Numbered from the stretch's first letter, positions 19,132 to 29,660 are shown. The stretch is DNA of 64,000 nucleotides from Syntrophorhabdaceae bacterium (GCA_963665295.1 OY762209.1:832001-896000), one strand, 5' to 3'. A program made the numbers and translations. The notes: generated by a model from the letters alone, not told the origin.

Positions 19132-19465
19132 AGGCCTTGTTGGGAACGTCCCTCGTTGTCTTGACTCGCCGCATGGGTTTACCAACTCGCCAGCGTCAGG
19201 ATATCATATTCTATCGATTACCATTTGAAGAACTGGATGTCCAGAAGAATTAGTAGAAGGTCGCGCTCGGGAGCCGATCGGAGTCGGCTGGGTCGGCTTC
19301 TGCGTGTTATGATGGAATCTGAGTGACTTGTTTGTTTTTGGGGGTAGTAACATGCTTGGCACGTATGATAATGATACATGTCTAACATCAATATGTTACG
19401 CCACTAATGCGATAGACGCCGCCGAAATGGATTGGGCCCTTCCGGGCCTATGATTTGAGGGCTTC

Positions 19466-19588
19466 AAGCAAGAATAAGAAAGGACATAGGGGGTCGCCCT
19501 TGACGCAGGGCGGACACCCGACGGCCACTTGCAATGATTTTGGCTCTTTCACGGCTTATGTGCCCTATGTCCTTTCTTATTCTTGCTT
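19466..19588. repeat. 26-bp perfect inverted repeat with 71-bp spacer
   Basis: AAGCAAGAATAAGAAAGGACATAGGG (19466-19491) and its reverse complement (19563-19588). Confidence 0.9.
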
Positions 19589-20212
19589 TTCCGCGAAATA
19601 AATGGTCCCTATGCCATAGCGTGTTTCTACGGCACGAAAGCCATTTTTCTGAAACATCTCATAAATTGTTTCCGGGGCGAGAAATTCGTAGCTGAAACCT
19701 TCTTCGAGAATGATTTTATTACCTTCAACCCGTGGCGAAAAACCGTTTTGACGATAGAAAGTATTCAATTCATCGGCGGCGTCTTGACGATAGACGCTGA
19801 TCAGAAAACGCCTGGTCGAACGGGCAATCGTCTCAAATACGCGTTTATGCCCATTGATAATGGGTAAAATACAATAGCAAATGGTGCAGTCGAAATGATC
19901 GGCGGGAAAGGCCAATTCTCGAATATCCGCATGGATAAGCGTGACTTTGTGGGCAACTTTCCGAGCCGCAATCTCAATCATTTCTTGCGTATAATCTACT
20001 CCAACTGCCCGAATAGACGGATATTGGTCAAGAATATACATCAAATGTTGACCCGTACCGCAGCCGATATCCAGAACAGATTGTTTTCCATTCAACACAT
20101 CAAGAGCATGTTTCGCTTCTGCATCACGAAATATCTGTAAATTAGGCGTATAGAGCGTCGCATCATAGTTGTGTGCGGACTGTGAGTAAAATTGCTGTAA
20201 TTCATCTTTCAT
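19577..20212 (-). CDS. Class I SAM-dependent methyltransferase
   Basis: VLDIGCGTG, GVDYTQEMI, HADIRELAF; probable start at ATG 20212, after AAGGAG. Confidence 0.85.
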   Translation of the reverse strand: MKDELQQFYSQSAHNYDATLYTPNLQIFRDAEAKHALDVLNGKQSVLDIGCGTGQHLMYILDQYPSIRAVGVDYTQEMIEIAARKVAHKVTLIHADIRELAFPADHFDCTICYCILPIINGHKRVFETIARSTRRFLISVYRQDAADELNTFYRQNGFSPRVEGNKIILEEGFSYEFLAPETIYEMFQKNGFRAVETRYGIGTIYFAEKQE

Positions 20213-20681
20213 ATATTCTTCTCCTTCACTGAATACACCTCGTTCGGTTTGTACGACGGCTGACTCAAGTATACAGAAAACCGTCTCCATAATCATGAGG
20301 AAAATTGCAGCGCAAATTCAGAAATTTCCGACCCGAAATACAGAGATAATTCTGTATAGCTGAAACACGTTTCACAGGTCCTTTCATTTTTCCGCGATAA
20401 TTCAATTTATCGATGAAGTGAAGGTGTTCACCGCCCCCCGGACAGGCCGGAGGAGCTTTCCGCGTTTCCGGGGCACAATCGGCAGAGTCGGCGATTATGA
20501 TTGACATACAACCGAATTTGCCCTAACGTATTTCCGCGGTATGTGAGTCTTTAGTGTTCACCAAGCGTGAGGTGTCTATGGGCGATCCCCAGCGTCTCGA
20601 AGGCGCTCTTTCGATTCTTCGTCAAGGCAATTACGGTCGGTTTTTGGCTGTTGTAAAGTACGATAGTGTGGTGCAGGATCC

Positions 20682-21629
20682 ATGAACCCATTTCAGATAA
20701 AAAGAGCAGAATCAGACACGGGGCTGCAAAAGCCGCCCGACGATGAGAGCCGCCTCTATCGCATGATGCTGTGGGCTTACATAACGGTGCTGCCCGCAGC
20801 AGCCTTGTTCTTCATTACGGCGGCCATCTCGAATTCCATTGCCCTCTTCGTGTATCTCGCGTGGTATTCCATCAGCTTCGCAGTGCAGACATTCTCCCTC
20901 TATGCCGTTCGGCAGACGATCAGGGCCAACTCCAACCGTTTTCCCTATGGCACCGGCAAACTCGAAAACTTCTCGGCCTTTCTTGACGGCGCGTTATACG
21001 TGCCCATCGGGCTATACCTGGCCTATGACGCCTCAAATCGCCTCTTCACGCCTCTGCCCGTCGGTTACGCCCTGGGCATGATCCCCGTTATTATCACGGG
21101 AGTGCGTATGGCGGTCTTCTACCTCGTGTGCCGCCGAATGATCGGTGCGGTTGCTGCGCCTTCGCCTATCCTGCAGGCGTATACCGTCGCCTTCAGGGTA
21201 GCCCTGCTCAGCAATCTGGGCGTACTTTGTGCGTTTATGACGGCCTACACCCTGATTCATTTCGGATTACCTGCGATCGGCAATCGCGTGGATCCGGCGA
21301 CGGGACTGGTACTGGCTGCGTATATGGTGTTTTCCGGCAGCCGGCTGGTGTGGCGCAACTTCCGATCCTTGATGGACCTGCCGCTGAAAGAGGATGAGCA
21401 GTTGCGCGTGATGAGGGTTCTTGCCGCACACTATGACGACTACGAGGGCGTTGGGACCATTTACACGCGGACCAGCGGCAAGGAGAATTTCGTGGAGTTG
21501 GAACTCTTCTTCCCTGCCTATACAACGCTCGGAGATATTCAGGCGCTGGAAAAGACCATGAAGCAAACGCTGGAACGGGAACTGCCGGGGCTCACGTTCA
21601 GGATCATCCCCGTCACGCTTCCCCGATAG
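20682..21629 (+). CDS. Cation diffusion facilitator family transporter
   Basis: RFPYGTGKLEN, TM helices, LMDLPL, C-terminal dimerisation domain (YTRTSG..NFVELEL). Confidence 0.8.
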   Translation: MNPFQIKRAESDTGLQKPPDDESRLYRMMLWAYITVLPAAALFFITAAISNSIALFVYLAWYSISFAVQTFSLYAVRQTIRANSNRFPYGTGKLENFSAFLDGALYVPIGLYLAYDASNRLFTPLPVGYALGMIPVIITGVRMAVFYLVCRRMIGAVAAPSPILQAYTVAFRVALLSNLGVLCAFMTAYTLIHFGLPAIGNRVDPATGLVLAAYMVFSGSRLVWRNFRSLMDLPLKEDEQLRVMRVLAAHYDDYEGVGTIYTRTSGKENFVELELFFPAYTTLGDIQALEKTMKQTLERELPGLTFRIIPVTLPR

Positions 21630-21697
21630 GTTTCAAGATCCGACTCCGTTGCGCCACGGGCCCTGAAAGACGACTCTCTTTCGAGCCGCAGACTCCG

Positions 21698-23203
21698 CTA
21701 AAGCCCGTCAAGGGTGAACCCTTTTTCCCTGAACAACTTCACGCATACCTCCACAACTCCGGGGTCATAAAGGATGCCGCTGTTTTTCTCAATCTCCTCC
21801 AGGGCTACCTGTATGCCCCTGGAGGGTCTGTAGGGACGATGGGAGGCAATCGCTTCCACCACGTCCGCTACGGCAAGGATTTGCGCTTCGAGGAGGATTT
21901 GTGCCCTCTTGAGGTTCTTGGGGTAACCCGACCCGTCCAACCTCTCGTGGTGCTGGAGGACCATCTCGGCTACGGGATAGGGCAATCCGATATCCTTTAA
22001 TATGCCGTACCCGGACTGGGAGTGGACCTTGACGAGGGCAAATTCCGTCTCAGTGAGCGTGGTAGGCTTCACCAGGATCTCTGCGGGGACGGCCATTTTG
22101 CCGATATCGTGAATGGCTCCCGCCATGGAAATACTATCGACCATTTCACAAGAGTAGTTCATTTCCTGAGCGATAGTGCGGGCAATGTACGATACCCTTC
22201 GCTGGTGACCCGCGGTATAGGGGTCCCGCATCTCGACGATCATCGAGATGACCTGAATGGTGCCCGCCAGGCTCTTCCTCAATTCCTCGGCTGTTTGATT
22301 CAGTTTCTCTTCCGCCCTCTTCCGCTCGGTAATATCTTCCGAGATGCCGAGGAGATAGCGGATCCTCCCTTCTCTTTCGACAATAGGAATTTTCCTGGTA
22401 TGCAATATCCTTATGCCCGGCCCCTCCGTCTCGATGCGCTGCTCGGCGATATCGACGGGGCGCCGGGTGTCGAGGACTTCCCGGTCCTTTTCAGTGAAGA
22501 GATCCGCCTGGCCCTCCGGGAAGATGTCATGGGAAGTCTTCCCGATCAAATCGCGCCTGTTCCGCCCGACAAGTTCTTCCCCTGCCCTGTTGAACCTTAC
22601 AAAACGAAGAGTTTCCGCCTCTTTCACAAAGAGCATATTGGGAATATTCTCGATGATGCTGTCGAGAAATTCCTCATCCTTCTTGAGGGCCTCCTCCTTC
22701 ACCTTCAGTTCCTTATTTGCGGCCTCCAGGTCTGCCATCTTTTTCTCAAGTTTGTTGAAAAGCACTTCATTATACTGCCTGGAGAATTCCATTTCGTCTC
22801 CAAGGGGCTTAGCCGATTTGGATTCTCCTTTGTACTCCTCCCCGATCAGTTCTCCCACCATCCCGATGATCGTCTCGGGCTTCGCGGGCTTCACAACGAA
22901 CCTGTCCGCCCCGAGGTCCAAGGCAAGCTTTTCATCTTTCGGGTCGGTATAGGTGGCAGTGTAGAATACGAAGGGTATGTGCATGAGGCGCTCGTGCGTC
23001 TTCCATGTCCGGCAGAGGCTGAAGCCGTCCATGACCGGCATGAGAATATCGCTGATAATCAGATCGGGTGGTGCTTCGAGGGCGGATTCCAGTGCTTCCG
23101 ACCCGTCCCTGGCCGCCGCTACCTCAAACCCGTTTGCCTTCAGCAAGACCTCCAGGAGGTAGAGGTTCTGGAAGTTGTCGTCCACAATAAGGATCTTTGC
23201 CAT
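21698..23203 (-). CDS. Response regulator with REC-PAS-HD-GYP domains
   Basis: KILIVDD, SDILMPVMDG, PAS ending DITERK, RDPYTAGHQRRV, HDIGK, HHERLDGSGYP. Confidence 0.93.
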   Translation of the reverse strand: MAKILIVDDNFQNLYLLEVLLKANGFEVAAARDGSEALESALEAPPDLIISDILMPVMDGFSLCRTWKTHERLMHIPFVFYTATYTDPKDEKLALDLGADRFVVKPAKPETIIGMVGELIGEEYKGESKSAKPLGDEMEFSRQYNEVLFNKLEKKMADLEAANKELKVKEEALKKDEEFLDSIIENIPNMLFVKEAETLRFVRFNRAGEELVGRNRRDLIGKTSHDIFPEGQADLFTEKDREVLDTRRPVDIAEQRIETEGPGIRILHTRKIPIVEREGRIRYLLGISEDITERKRAEEKLNQTAEELRKSLAGTIQVISMIVEMRDPYTAGHQRRVSYIARTIAQEMNYSCEMVDSISMAGAIHDIGKMAVPAEILVKPTTLTETEFALVKVHSQSGYGILKDIGLPYPVAEMVLQHHERLDGSGYPKNLKRAQILLEAQILAVADVVEAIASHRPYRPSRGIQVALEEIEKNSGILYDPGVVEVCVKLFREKGFTLDGL

Positions 23204-23226
23204 GATGGAGCACCTCCATGTCCCTC

Positions 23227-23418
23227 TCAAGCGAGGTGTTGTTCGATTTGTCGAAAAGGGGTACCAGGGTTGACCGGCGTCTCCATGTACCCGTTATACC
23301 CCGCCTCGACCGTTTTCTCCCGGTCTCCCGCCGTGGCGCACGAGGTTACGGCATTAATGGGAACCCCGGCGAGGCCTTCCTTTGCCCTGAGCCGTCTCGC
23401 CACGGCATAACCGTCCGT
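23227..23418 (-). pseudogene. C-terminal half of a single-domain response regulator
   Basis: DGYAVARRLRAKEGLAGVPINAVTSCATAGDREKTVEAGYNGYMETPVNP...; cut at the inverted-repeat element starting 23421. Confidence 0.75.
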
Positions 23419-23420
23419 GA

Positions 23421-23612
23421 GGGGACGGCTTTCAATAATGCAATCGCTTTCACCCTTCTTACTCCTTCTATTCTCCTCTTGAGCCGAAACAATGTCAACT
23501 GATTCCTGATATGAGGACCATCACCGGACCGTACGAACCGGCCCGGGGGAATGTCTATCATCCTCCGTCCTAACTGCCTATCTCGATAATTGAAATATTG
23601 AAAGGTGTCCCC
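23421..23612. mobile_element. Short non-autonomous inverted-repeat element
   Basis: GGGGACGGCTTTCAATA (23421-23437) and TATTGAAAGGTGTCCCC (23596-23612), 15/17 complementary. Confidence 0.65.
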
Positions 23613-23866
23613 TTGGACATTAACGAGCCTCTTGGAGTGTTATTAAATGTTTCCTGCATATCGTTTAATAAGCTCATAGACTATGCAAGAAAGTTTGGTA
23701 AGAAGACTCAACGAGAGTTCCTTCCTTGCCTCGCCGGGGACGGACCGGACGAGGGCTCCGTCCCTTGGGATGCGCTCATTCTAGGGGGTGGGCTCCCGCC
23801 TTTTTTGTGCCTATTCCCGACGTCAAAAGGTGGTGGTTATTCGACTGATGGATGTCCCCTATCCCC

Positions 23867-25387
23867 TTACCGTTTGGCAGCCGGGACAGCTTTCGTTTTG
23901 GGGTCCGCCGGCAGGACGGTAAAGGTCCCGGAGTATGTAGTCGAAGCCACTTTGTTGTTCACTTTCAGCGTGTACTGCCCCGGGGGCATGCGGTTGGGAA
24001 TTATAAAGCCTGCGATGCTTCCGCCGGTCTCGGGGCCCATGTACCAGGCTTCGATCGCGCACTCGCGGTCGCCGAGGTAGATGTCTCCTTCCTTGGCACC
24101 GAAATACAGGCCCGCGACCTTGATCACGTCCCCCGGGGCGCCCTCGAGGGGTTCCACGCCCTGTATCTCCGGCGTCTTTATATTGAAAGGCACATCATAG
24201 GTGGTAAAGGATTTCTCACCCTGACGCTTCACCAACACGGGATGCCAACCGGGAGACACCACCCGGTTGATCTGAAAAACGATGGCGAAGTCCGCCCACA
24301 CGAGGATATTCATTTGATCATTCGGATCGTCCCCCAGTCCCACCGTTCCCTTCTTGTTGCCGAAGCCCGGGCCCACGAGGACTGCGTGTGATCCCATGGT
24401 GCCTTTCAACTCCACAAGAGGCGATACTTGAAGGTACCAGGAATCGGTCTCCAGCTCATGATGTGAATTTTCGCCCACCGCCTTCACCGTGCTGTCGGAT
24501 TTGAGGCCCACGGTGTGGTTATGACCCGCCGCCGCGTCTATGATATCCGTCCAGGAGCCGACGTTCAGTTGACCACAACCATTATTGCCCGTTGCCGTCA
24601 TTGTGCCGTCGGATTTGAGGCCGATAATGTGGAACGCGCCGCCTGCGACCCGGCTGATACCCGTCCAGGAGCCGACGTCAAACGGATTTCCCCTATCATC
24701 AGTGCCCGCCACCACCACCGTGCCGTCGGATTTGAGGCCCACGGTGAAAAACCAGCCTGCTCCCACCTGTATGATGTTCGTCCAGGAGCCGACGTTCAGT
24801 TGACCGTGGGAATTATCGCCCGTTGCCACCACCGTGCCGTCGGATTTGAGGCCCACGGTGTGGCTGCTGTTCGCTGCAATCCGGCTGATGTTCGTCCAGG
24901 AGCCGACGTTCAGTTGACCGCTATAAAGCTCGCCCACCGCCACCACCTTGCCGTCGGATTTGAGGCCCACGGTGTGCTCATAGCCGGCCGCGACCTGTAC
25001 TATATTCGTCCAGGAACCGACGTTCAGTTGACCGCGGGAATTGCCGCCCACCGCCACCACCGTGCCGTCGGATTTGAGGCCCAGGGTGTGGGTGCTGCCG
25101 GCTGCCACCTGTATGATATCCGTCCAGGAACCGACGTTCAGTTGACCCAACCTGTTTGTGCCCGTTGCCACCACCGTGCCGTCGGATTTGAGGCCCACGG
25201 TGTGCCCATTGCCCGCCGCGACCTGGGGCGTTATCGCTCCTGCGTGGGACCATGAGATAAGGAGAAACGCGAGCATCAGGAGGAAAACCTCCGGTCTTGA
25301 GTGCCGGTTCCTTGTTGTCTCTTTCATTCTCATAGGTCTATCCCTCCTCATGAACGTGATAATTCCCGGTTTAAGGGCGGCACGCAC
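23867..25387 (-). CDS. Secreted RCC1/BLIP-II repeat protein with C-terminal IPT/TIG-like domains
   Basis: Signal peptide; about seven 38-aa repeats (HTVGLKSDGTVVAxGxNxxGQLNVGSWT); GPGFGNKKG and GLYFGAKEG. The true start is probably 50-60 nt downstream. Confidence 0.85.
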   Translation of the reverse strand: MRAALKPGIITFMRRDRPMRMKETTRNRHSRPEVFLLMLAFLLISWSHAGAITPQVAAGNGHTVGLKSDGTVVATGTNRLGQLNVGSWTDIIQVAAGSTHTLGLKSDGTVVAVGGNSRGQLNVGSWTNIVQVAAGYEHTVGLKSDGKVVAVGELYSGQLNVGSWTNISRIAANSSHTVGLKSDGTVVATGDNSHGQLNVGSWTNIIQVGAGWFFTVGLKSDGTVVVAGTDDRGNPFDVGSWTGISRVAGGAFHIIGLKSDGTMTATGNNGCGQLNVGSWTDIIDAAAGHNHTVGLKSDSTVKAVGENSHHELETDSWYLQVSPLVELKGTMGSHAVLVGPGFGNKKGTVGLGDDPNDQMNILVWADFAIVFQINRVVSPGWHPVLVKRQGEKSFTTYDVPFNIKTPEIQGVEPLEGAPGDVIKVAGLYFGAKEGDIYLGDRECAIEAWYMGPETGGSIAGFIIPNRMPPGQYTLKVNNKVASTTYSGTFTVLPADPKTKAVPAAKR

Positions 25388-25600
25388 AACCCGTCCCTCC
25401 TCCCGTGGCGGTCACAGCCGTCGGCACACCGACTATTTTCTTCCACGCCATGGGCAATGTCAAGGAAATAGCTCTTTCAGCGGGATGGGGACCGCCATGG
25501 TAAGGCGGCAGAGGCTTGCGTTCGCGCCTCACCCTTTGTGGAGGATGCAATAATGTGATAAATCGGATTTTCGGACAGTCCGTCTTTGAAACGAGTCACG

Positions 25601-26548
25601 TCACCTGACTTCATTGCCGTATGCATGGGCAGGCGTGAAGATGTCCGGGAAATCAGGACGCAGGAAATCACGCACGTGCAGGCACAGGTGACACCCACCG
25701 CAATAATATTTCAAAGGGCTATAACCACGCATCATTGCATAATCGAAAAGGCCGCGGACGCCTTTGACATGAAAGGCCGCAACAAGCTCATTCCCCAAAA
25801 TATTCTCTTCGCAAATGATGTCCTTGAATTCCATGGCATGAAGGTCTCCGGGGTATGCAAACCCCGGACAGATGGAAACCTTGCCCTCGGCGCCGACGGT
25901 ATAGTACGAAGGGGTTACGATATCCTCAGGGCCGGAATCACGCAGGGCTTCATCGGGGGTCATTCGCGGCGCATAGGTTCTCAGGCCGGATATGGCCCGC
26001 CCCATGAAGGAGACTCTGGGCCTGATATCGAGGATCAATCGCGACTGACGGTTCAGCACGCTCAGGAGCCCTTCAGTCCGCCGGTCAACCGGAAAACCCT
26101 TCTGCCTGTCAACGAAGGTGACCGCCACTTTGATTGTCCGTACCCCGGCGTCTTGAAGGGCTCGGAGAGCAGACAATACCGAATCGAAAGGGACAAACTC
26201 CTGATGCAGAGCATCGACACTGATATTGGCGCGCGTAAGGCCGCTTGCAACCATGTCGTGGGCAAATTTCACCGCAAAATCAGGGTTCTTGCCCCACGAA
26301 CCATTTGATGCCAGCCAGCTGTCGATGCCGAAGGCCTTCGCAACCCTCATGCCATGGAGAACGACCTCGGGAGCGAGCGAAGCCTCGCCGCCGGTAAAGA
26401 GAACGCACTCGCTTGGGCGGGCTTGCGCGATAATCCGCTCGACGTCGCCTGCCGTCAAAAGGGCCCCGTCCCTATTTGTGGCGCAATACATGCAGTGCCT
26501 GCAGCAAGAGGTGCACCTGTAGGTGACTTGCAGCAAGAGTCTGTTCAT
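25601..26548 (-). CDS. Radical SAM protein
   Basis: CTSCCRHC (CxxxCxxC), FTGGE, SNGSWG, ISVDALHQEFVP, C-terminal CGGCHLC. Confidence 0.88.
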   Translation of the reverse strand: MNRLLLQVTYRCTSCCRHCMYCATNRDGALLTAGDVERIIAQARPSECVLFTGGEASLAPEVVLHGMRVAKAFGIDSWLASNGSWGKNPDFAVKFAHDMVASGLTRANISVDALHQEFVPFDSVLSALRALQDAGVRTIKVAVTFVDRQKGFPVDRRTEGLLSVLNRQSRLILDIRPRVSFMGRAISGLRTYAPRMTPDEALRDSGPEDIVTPSYYTVGAEGKVSICPGFAYPGDLHAMEFKDIICEENILGNELVAAFHVKGVRGLFDYAMMRGYSPLKYYCGGCHLCLHVRDFLRPDFPDIFTPAHAYGNEVR

Positions 26549-26566
26549 GGATTCCGTCTCCTGTTC

Positions 26567-27138
26567 CTATGGCCGCCCATCGTTCGCATACCCGGCTTTT
26601 GCCGACGCCCTTCCTTCGCGGGACAACCCGTTCCGGTTCATGCAATGCGTTCTGTTCAGATACAGAAGCCGGATAACCTCGGGTCTGCCTACCGCGTCTA
26701 CGAGGGCCCCGGCCTCCTTATAGGCTTGTATATAGGCCTTGTCCACATCCCTGCAATGGGAGAGATCATGCCACATAGCCTCCGAATCGCACCATTCGGT
26801 TATCCCGGCAATGCTCCCGGCAAATTTGGCGTGGAGGGCAGGACTCACCTCACTCATGATCAGCATTCCCAGCCCTTCCTCCAGCCACATCGGCACATCC
26901 TGTCTTTCCTTGCGCTTCATGGCAAAAATGGTGGAGTGTGAGATGTCCGTGACAAAATGATGAGTAATCTCGTGGGCCGACACGGCTGATAAGCGGTCTT
27001 CGTCGGCGTTCCTGCCGCCCGATAGAGGCCAATGCCCTTCAGGGGACCGTACCGGTTCAGCCCATATACGCCCTCAGGTTCTCTACCGGCGAAATCAGCC
27101 GCACCCACGACGTTTCGACCGAATTGCCCGTTGTTCAT
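26567..27138 (-). pseudogene. HExxH metallopeptidase (peptidase MA-like), apparently frameshifted
   Basis: AHEITHH...VPMWLEEG zinc-peptidase signature at the very start of ORF 26567..26983; the upstream part appears to be in another frame (26917..27138). Confidence 0.55.
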
Positions 27139-27244
27139 TATGTTGCTTCATCCACATCGCCGTATCATTTACCGCTGCTTCCGGCATGTTCCCGGTGTCA
27201 TGGGCGATTCGTTCCTTGCCATGCCGTCCCCGTCCTTTTCAAAA

Positions 27245-28312
27245 TCACAGGGGCGGAAGATTCCGTAGAATCCTCTCCGCGTCCTGATCCGTTACTGTTT
27301 TGCCGTACACTTCGGAATAGAACGTCTTCATCTCCTCGATCATATCCCAGTCTTTGAATAAATCGGGATGAAACGTCTTCGCCATATAGATCATGAGAAG
27401 TATGCCTTCGCCGCTTGCGTGGTCCCATGGGTAGATCCCTCTGGGAATGGGATAGACCTTCCCGTTCTTGACGGCCTTCACGGAAGCCCAACCGGGATCT
27501 TTCTTCACGGTGTCAACGGAATCAACATATCCGCTGAGAAAAATGACATCCGGGTCCCACGACAATACCTGCTGCATAGTCGCCTTCGCATGGTTGTCGT
27601 CCAGGGCCTGCGGCAAGTAATTGCCTCCGGAGACTTCGGTATTCCAGTGCATAACGCTGCCCTTCCCCTGACTGTTCAACATGCTGGAGCGCAGGCCGCC
27701 GTAGTACACGGCGGGCCTCTCCTTCTTGTCTATCTTTGATGTTATGGAAAGAATCCGGGCAACCTTCTCATCGAAGTACCTGTTGTATCTGTCCGCTTTC
27801 GCTTTCGCGTCCGACCCCAGAAGGTCACCGAACAGGGTTATCTGTCCTTTGAAGTTCTTCCTGAATTCATCAAGGCTCATGGGTCGCGTGTCGGCCGAGA
27901 AGGCGCATACGGTCTTTAAGCCGGCCGCGCTATAGAGTTCGCCTTTCGTCATCCCGGGTGTATAAAGCACAAGGTCTATTTTCATATCCACCATCTGCTT
28001 CGGGGTAACGCCCTTGTTCGTGTGAGCGTGTTTTATTTCCGGATAGAGCTTGTAGGCCCATGGAGATTGTTCCGCCATCAGGCTTATGAGATTGCCCTTA
28101 CCCAGGGTCATTATCTTTTCCGGAGAAACACAATGCATGCATGCTATTCTCTCGGGGTTGACCGGCACCTCAACTCTCTTGCCGCACATGTCGGTTATGG
28201 CCCTGTAATCTCCGGCATAGAGCGGACTGCCATGCGCACCTGCCCCGATTAACAGGGTCAATGCCGCAATGAGTGCAAAAACGAGCCTTTTTTCATTCAT
28301 CTTCTCCTCCAC
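27245..28312 (-). CDS. ABC transporter substrate-binding protein (class III, iron-siderophore/B12/MolA-like)
   Basis: Signal peptide, ITDMCGKRVEVPVNPERI, QQVLSWDPDVIF, SVKAVKNGKVYPIP. Confidence 0.88.
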   Translation of the reverse strand: MEEKMNEKRLVFALIAALTLLIGAGAHGSPLYAGDYRAITDMCGKRVEVPVNPERIACMHCVSPEKIMTLGKGNLISLMAEQSPWAYKLYPEIKHAHTNKGVTPKQMVDMKIDLVLYTPGMTKGELYSAAGLKTVCAFSADTRPMSLDEFRKNFKGQITLFGDLLGSDAKAKADRYNRYFDEKVARILSITSKIDKKERPAVYYGGLRSSMLNSQGKGSVMHWNTEVSGGNYLPQALDDNHAKATMQQVLSWDPDVIFLSGYVDSVDTVKKDPGWASVKAVKNGKVYPIPRGIYPWDHASGEGILLMIYMAKTFHPDLFKDWDMIEEMKTFYSEVYGKTVTDQDAERILRNLPPL

Positions 28313-28389
28313 GCATCATACATATCAATAGACATCTCCTCCGGGTCCGCCGCTAAAAGGGCAGCATATCGACGGGCCCGCATCGATAT

Positions 28390-28413
28390 GCTTATATATC
28401 ATCGGATATAACG
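28390..28413 (-). promoter_or_regulatory. ModE-box-like site
   Basis: Minus strand CGTTATATCCGATGATATATAAGC contains TATAT-N7-TATAT, about 80 bp upstream of the binding-protein gene. Confidence 0.45.
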
Positions 28414-28434
28414 GTCTGTAAAGAAAAATGCGTT

Positions 28435-29459
28435 AGGGACGCTCATTAATTAATCAATTCCATTGACATCCCTACCCCTCCCTGATACCATATCTTCATG
28501 CCGAGAAAAGCTCGCATTGATGTTGCAGGGGCGGTGCATCATCTTATGGTGCGGGGTATCGCCCGAAGCGTCCTCTTCCGTGACGACACGGACAGGGATA
28601 GATTCATTGACCGCGCTGCAACGGTCTTCACGGAAGGCAAAGCGGGCTGCTACGCCTTCTCCCTTCTTTCGAACCATGTGCATCTCCTTGTCAGGACCGG
28701 CATTGTTCCTCTATCGACCCTCATGACACGGATCCTGACAGGTTACGCAGTCTCTTTCAACAAACGGCATAAGAGGTCCGGCCACCTTTTTCAGAACCGC
28801 TACAAATCGATCCTCTGCGAGGAAGATCCCTATTTCAACGAGTTGGTCCGTTACATCCATGTGAATCCCCTCCGGGCGCGCCTTATTCCCGACCTCAATA
28901 CCCTGGACTCTTATCCCTACTCAGGCCATGCAACGATCATGGGGCGATATGAAAGACCATGGCTCGATACGGACTATGTCCTTTCCCGGTTCGGCTCGAA
29001 GACCCTCTACAGAGCATTTGTGGAGGCAGGCATAAAAGAGGGAAGGCGACATGATCTCACCGGGGGCAACCCTGCGACGAATATCAGGGGCGATGAGCGC
29101 ATCCTGGGGAGCACGCGTTTTGTCCTTGAAGTAATGAAGTCCGCGGGGGAGGCATGGGAACACGCCCATTGCCTCAAGGCAAAGGGCGTTGATTTCGAGG
29201 CTGTCTTATCTCACGTGGAGAAGCAGTTCGGTCTTGACCCCGGGGAGCTTCTTCGTCCCGGCAAGTACCCCCGTCGCGTCGCCGCCCGCAGCGTCCTCTG
29301 CTATTTTCTCGTAAGAGAGCTTCACATGACCGCAACGGCAGTGGCCGGGAGGCTGGGTCTAGGTCAGCCCGCAGTAAGCATTGCAGTCGCAAGAGGCGAA
29401 GCCCTGGTGCGAGAGAAAGGTTATAGCATGGCTGATTTGATGGGTTAATGGACGGCCCT
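28435..29459 (+). mobile_element. RAYT-like Y1 transposase element, copy 2
   Basis: Imperfect inverted ends AGGGACGCTCATTAA and TTAATGGACGGCCCT. Confidence 0.8.
28498..29448 (+). CDS. REP-associated-type tyrosine (Y1/HUH) transposase
   Basis: HHLMVRG, NHVHLL, GHLFQNRYKS, RYIHVNPLRA. Confidence 0.9.
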   Translation: MPRKARIDVAGAVHHLMVRGIARSVLFRDDTDRDRFIDRAATVFTEGKAGCYAFSLLSNHVHLLVRTGIVPLSTLMTRILTGYAVSFNKRHKRSGHLFQNRYKSILCEEDPYFNELVRYIHVNPLRARLIPDLNTLDSYPYSGHATIMGRYERPWLDTDYVLSRFGSKTLYRAFVEAGIKEGRRHDLTGGNPATNIRGDERILGSTRFVLEVMKSAGEAWEHAHCLKAKGVDFEAVLSHVEKQFGLDPGELLRPGKYPRRVAARSVLCYFLVRELHMTATAVAGRLGLGQPAVSIAVARGEALVREKGYSMADLMG

Positions 29460-29483
29460 ATTGTTCCACGTCCCTGTTGCCCC

Positions 29484-29660
29484 AAGAACTTCGTGCCGGC
29501 CCTGATCGAGGAAGGGGATGAGCTATACCCAAACGGAATATTCGTTTTCAACATCACCAAGATGCTCACGTTCATACAAAGCCATCCTGAGAAGTTCATT
29601 CCTGAGAGGGTAGCGATAAGGGATTATACACACGGGCTCCCCTCTATCAAGGAAGCCGAC
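29484..29660 (+). pseudogene. Internal fragment of a hypothetical protein
   Basis: KNFVPALIEEGDELYPNGIFVFNITKML... reads as protein-like, starts right after the element junction, and has no RBS or start of its own. Confidence 0.4.

Noticed and set aside
24480..25225. Regularly spaced ~114-bp repeats resembling a CRISPR array
   Set aside because: They are in-frame coding repeats of the RCC1/BLIP-II protein, the intervening parts are also similar to each other, and there are no cas genes.
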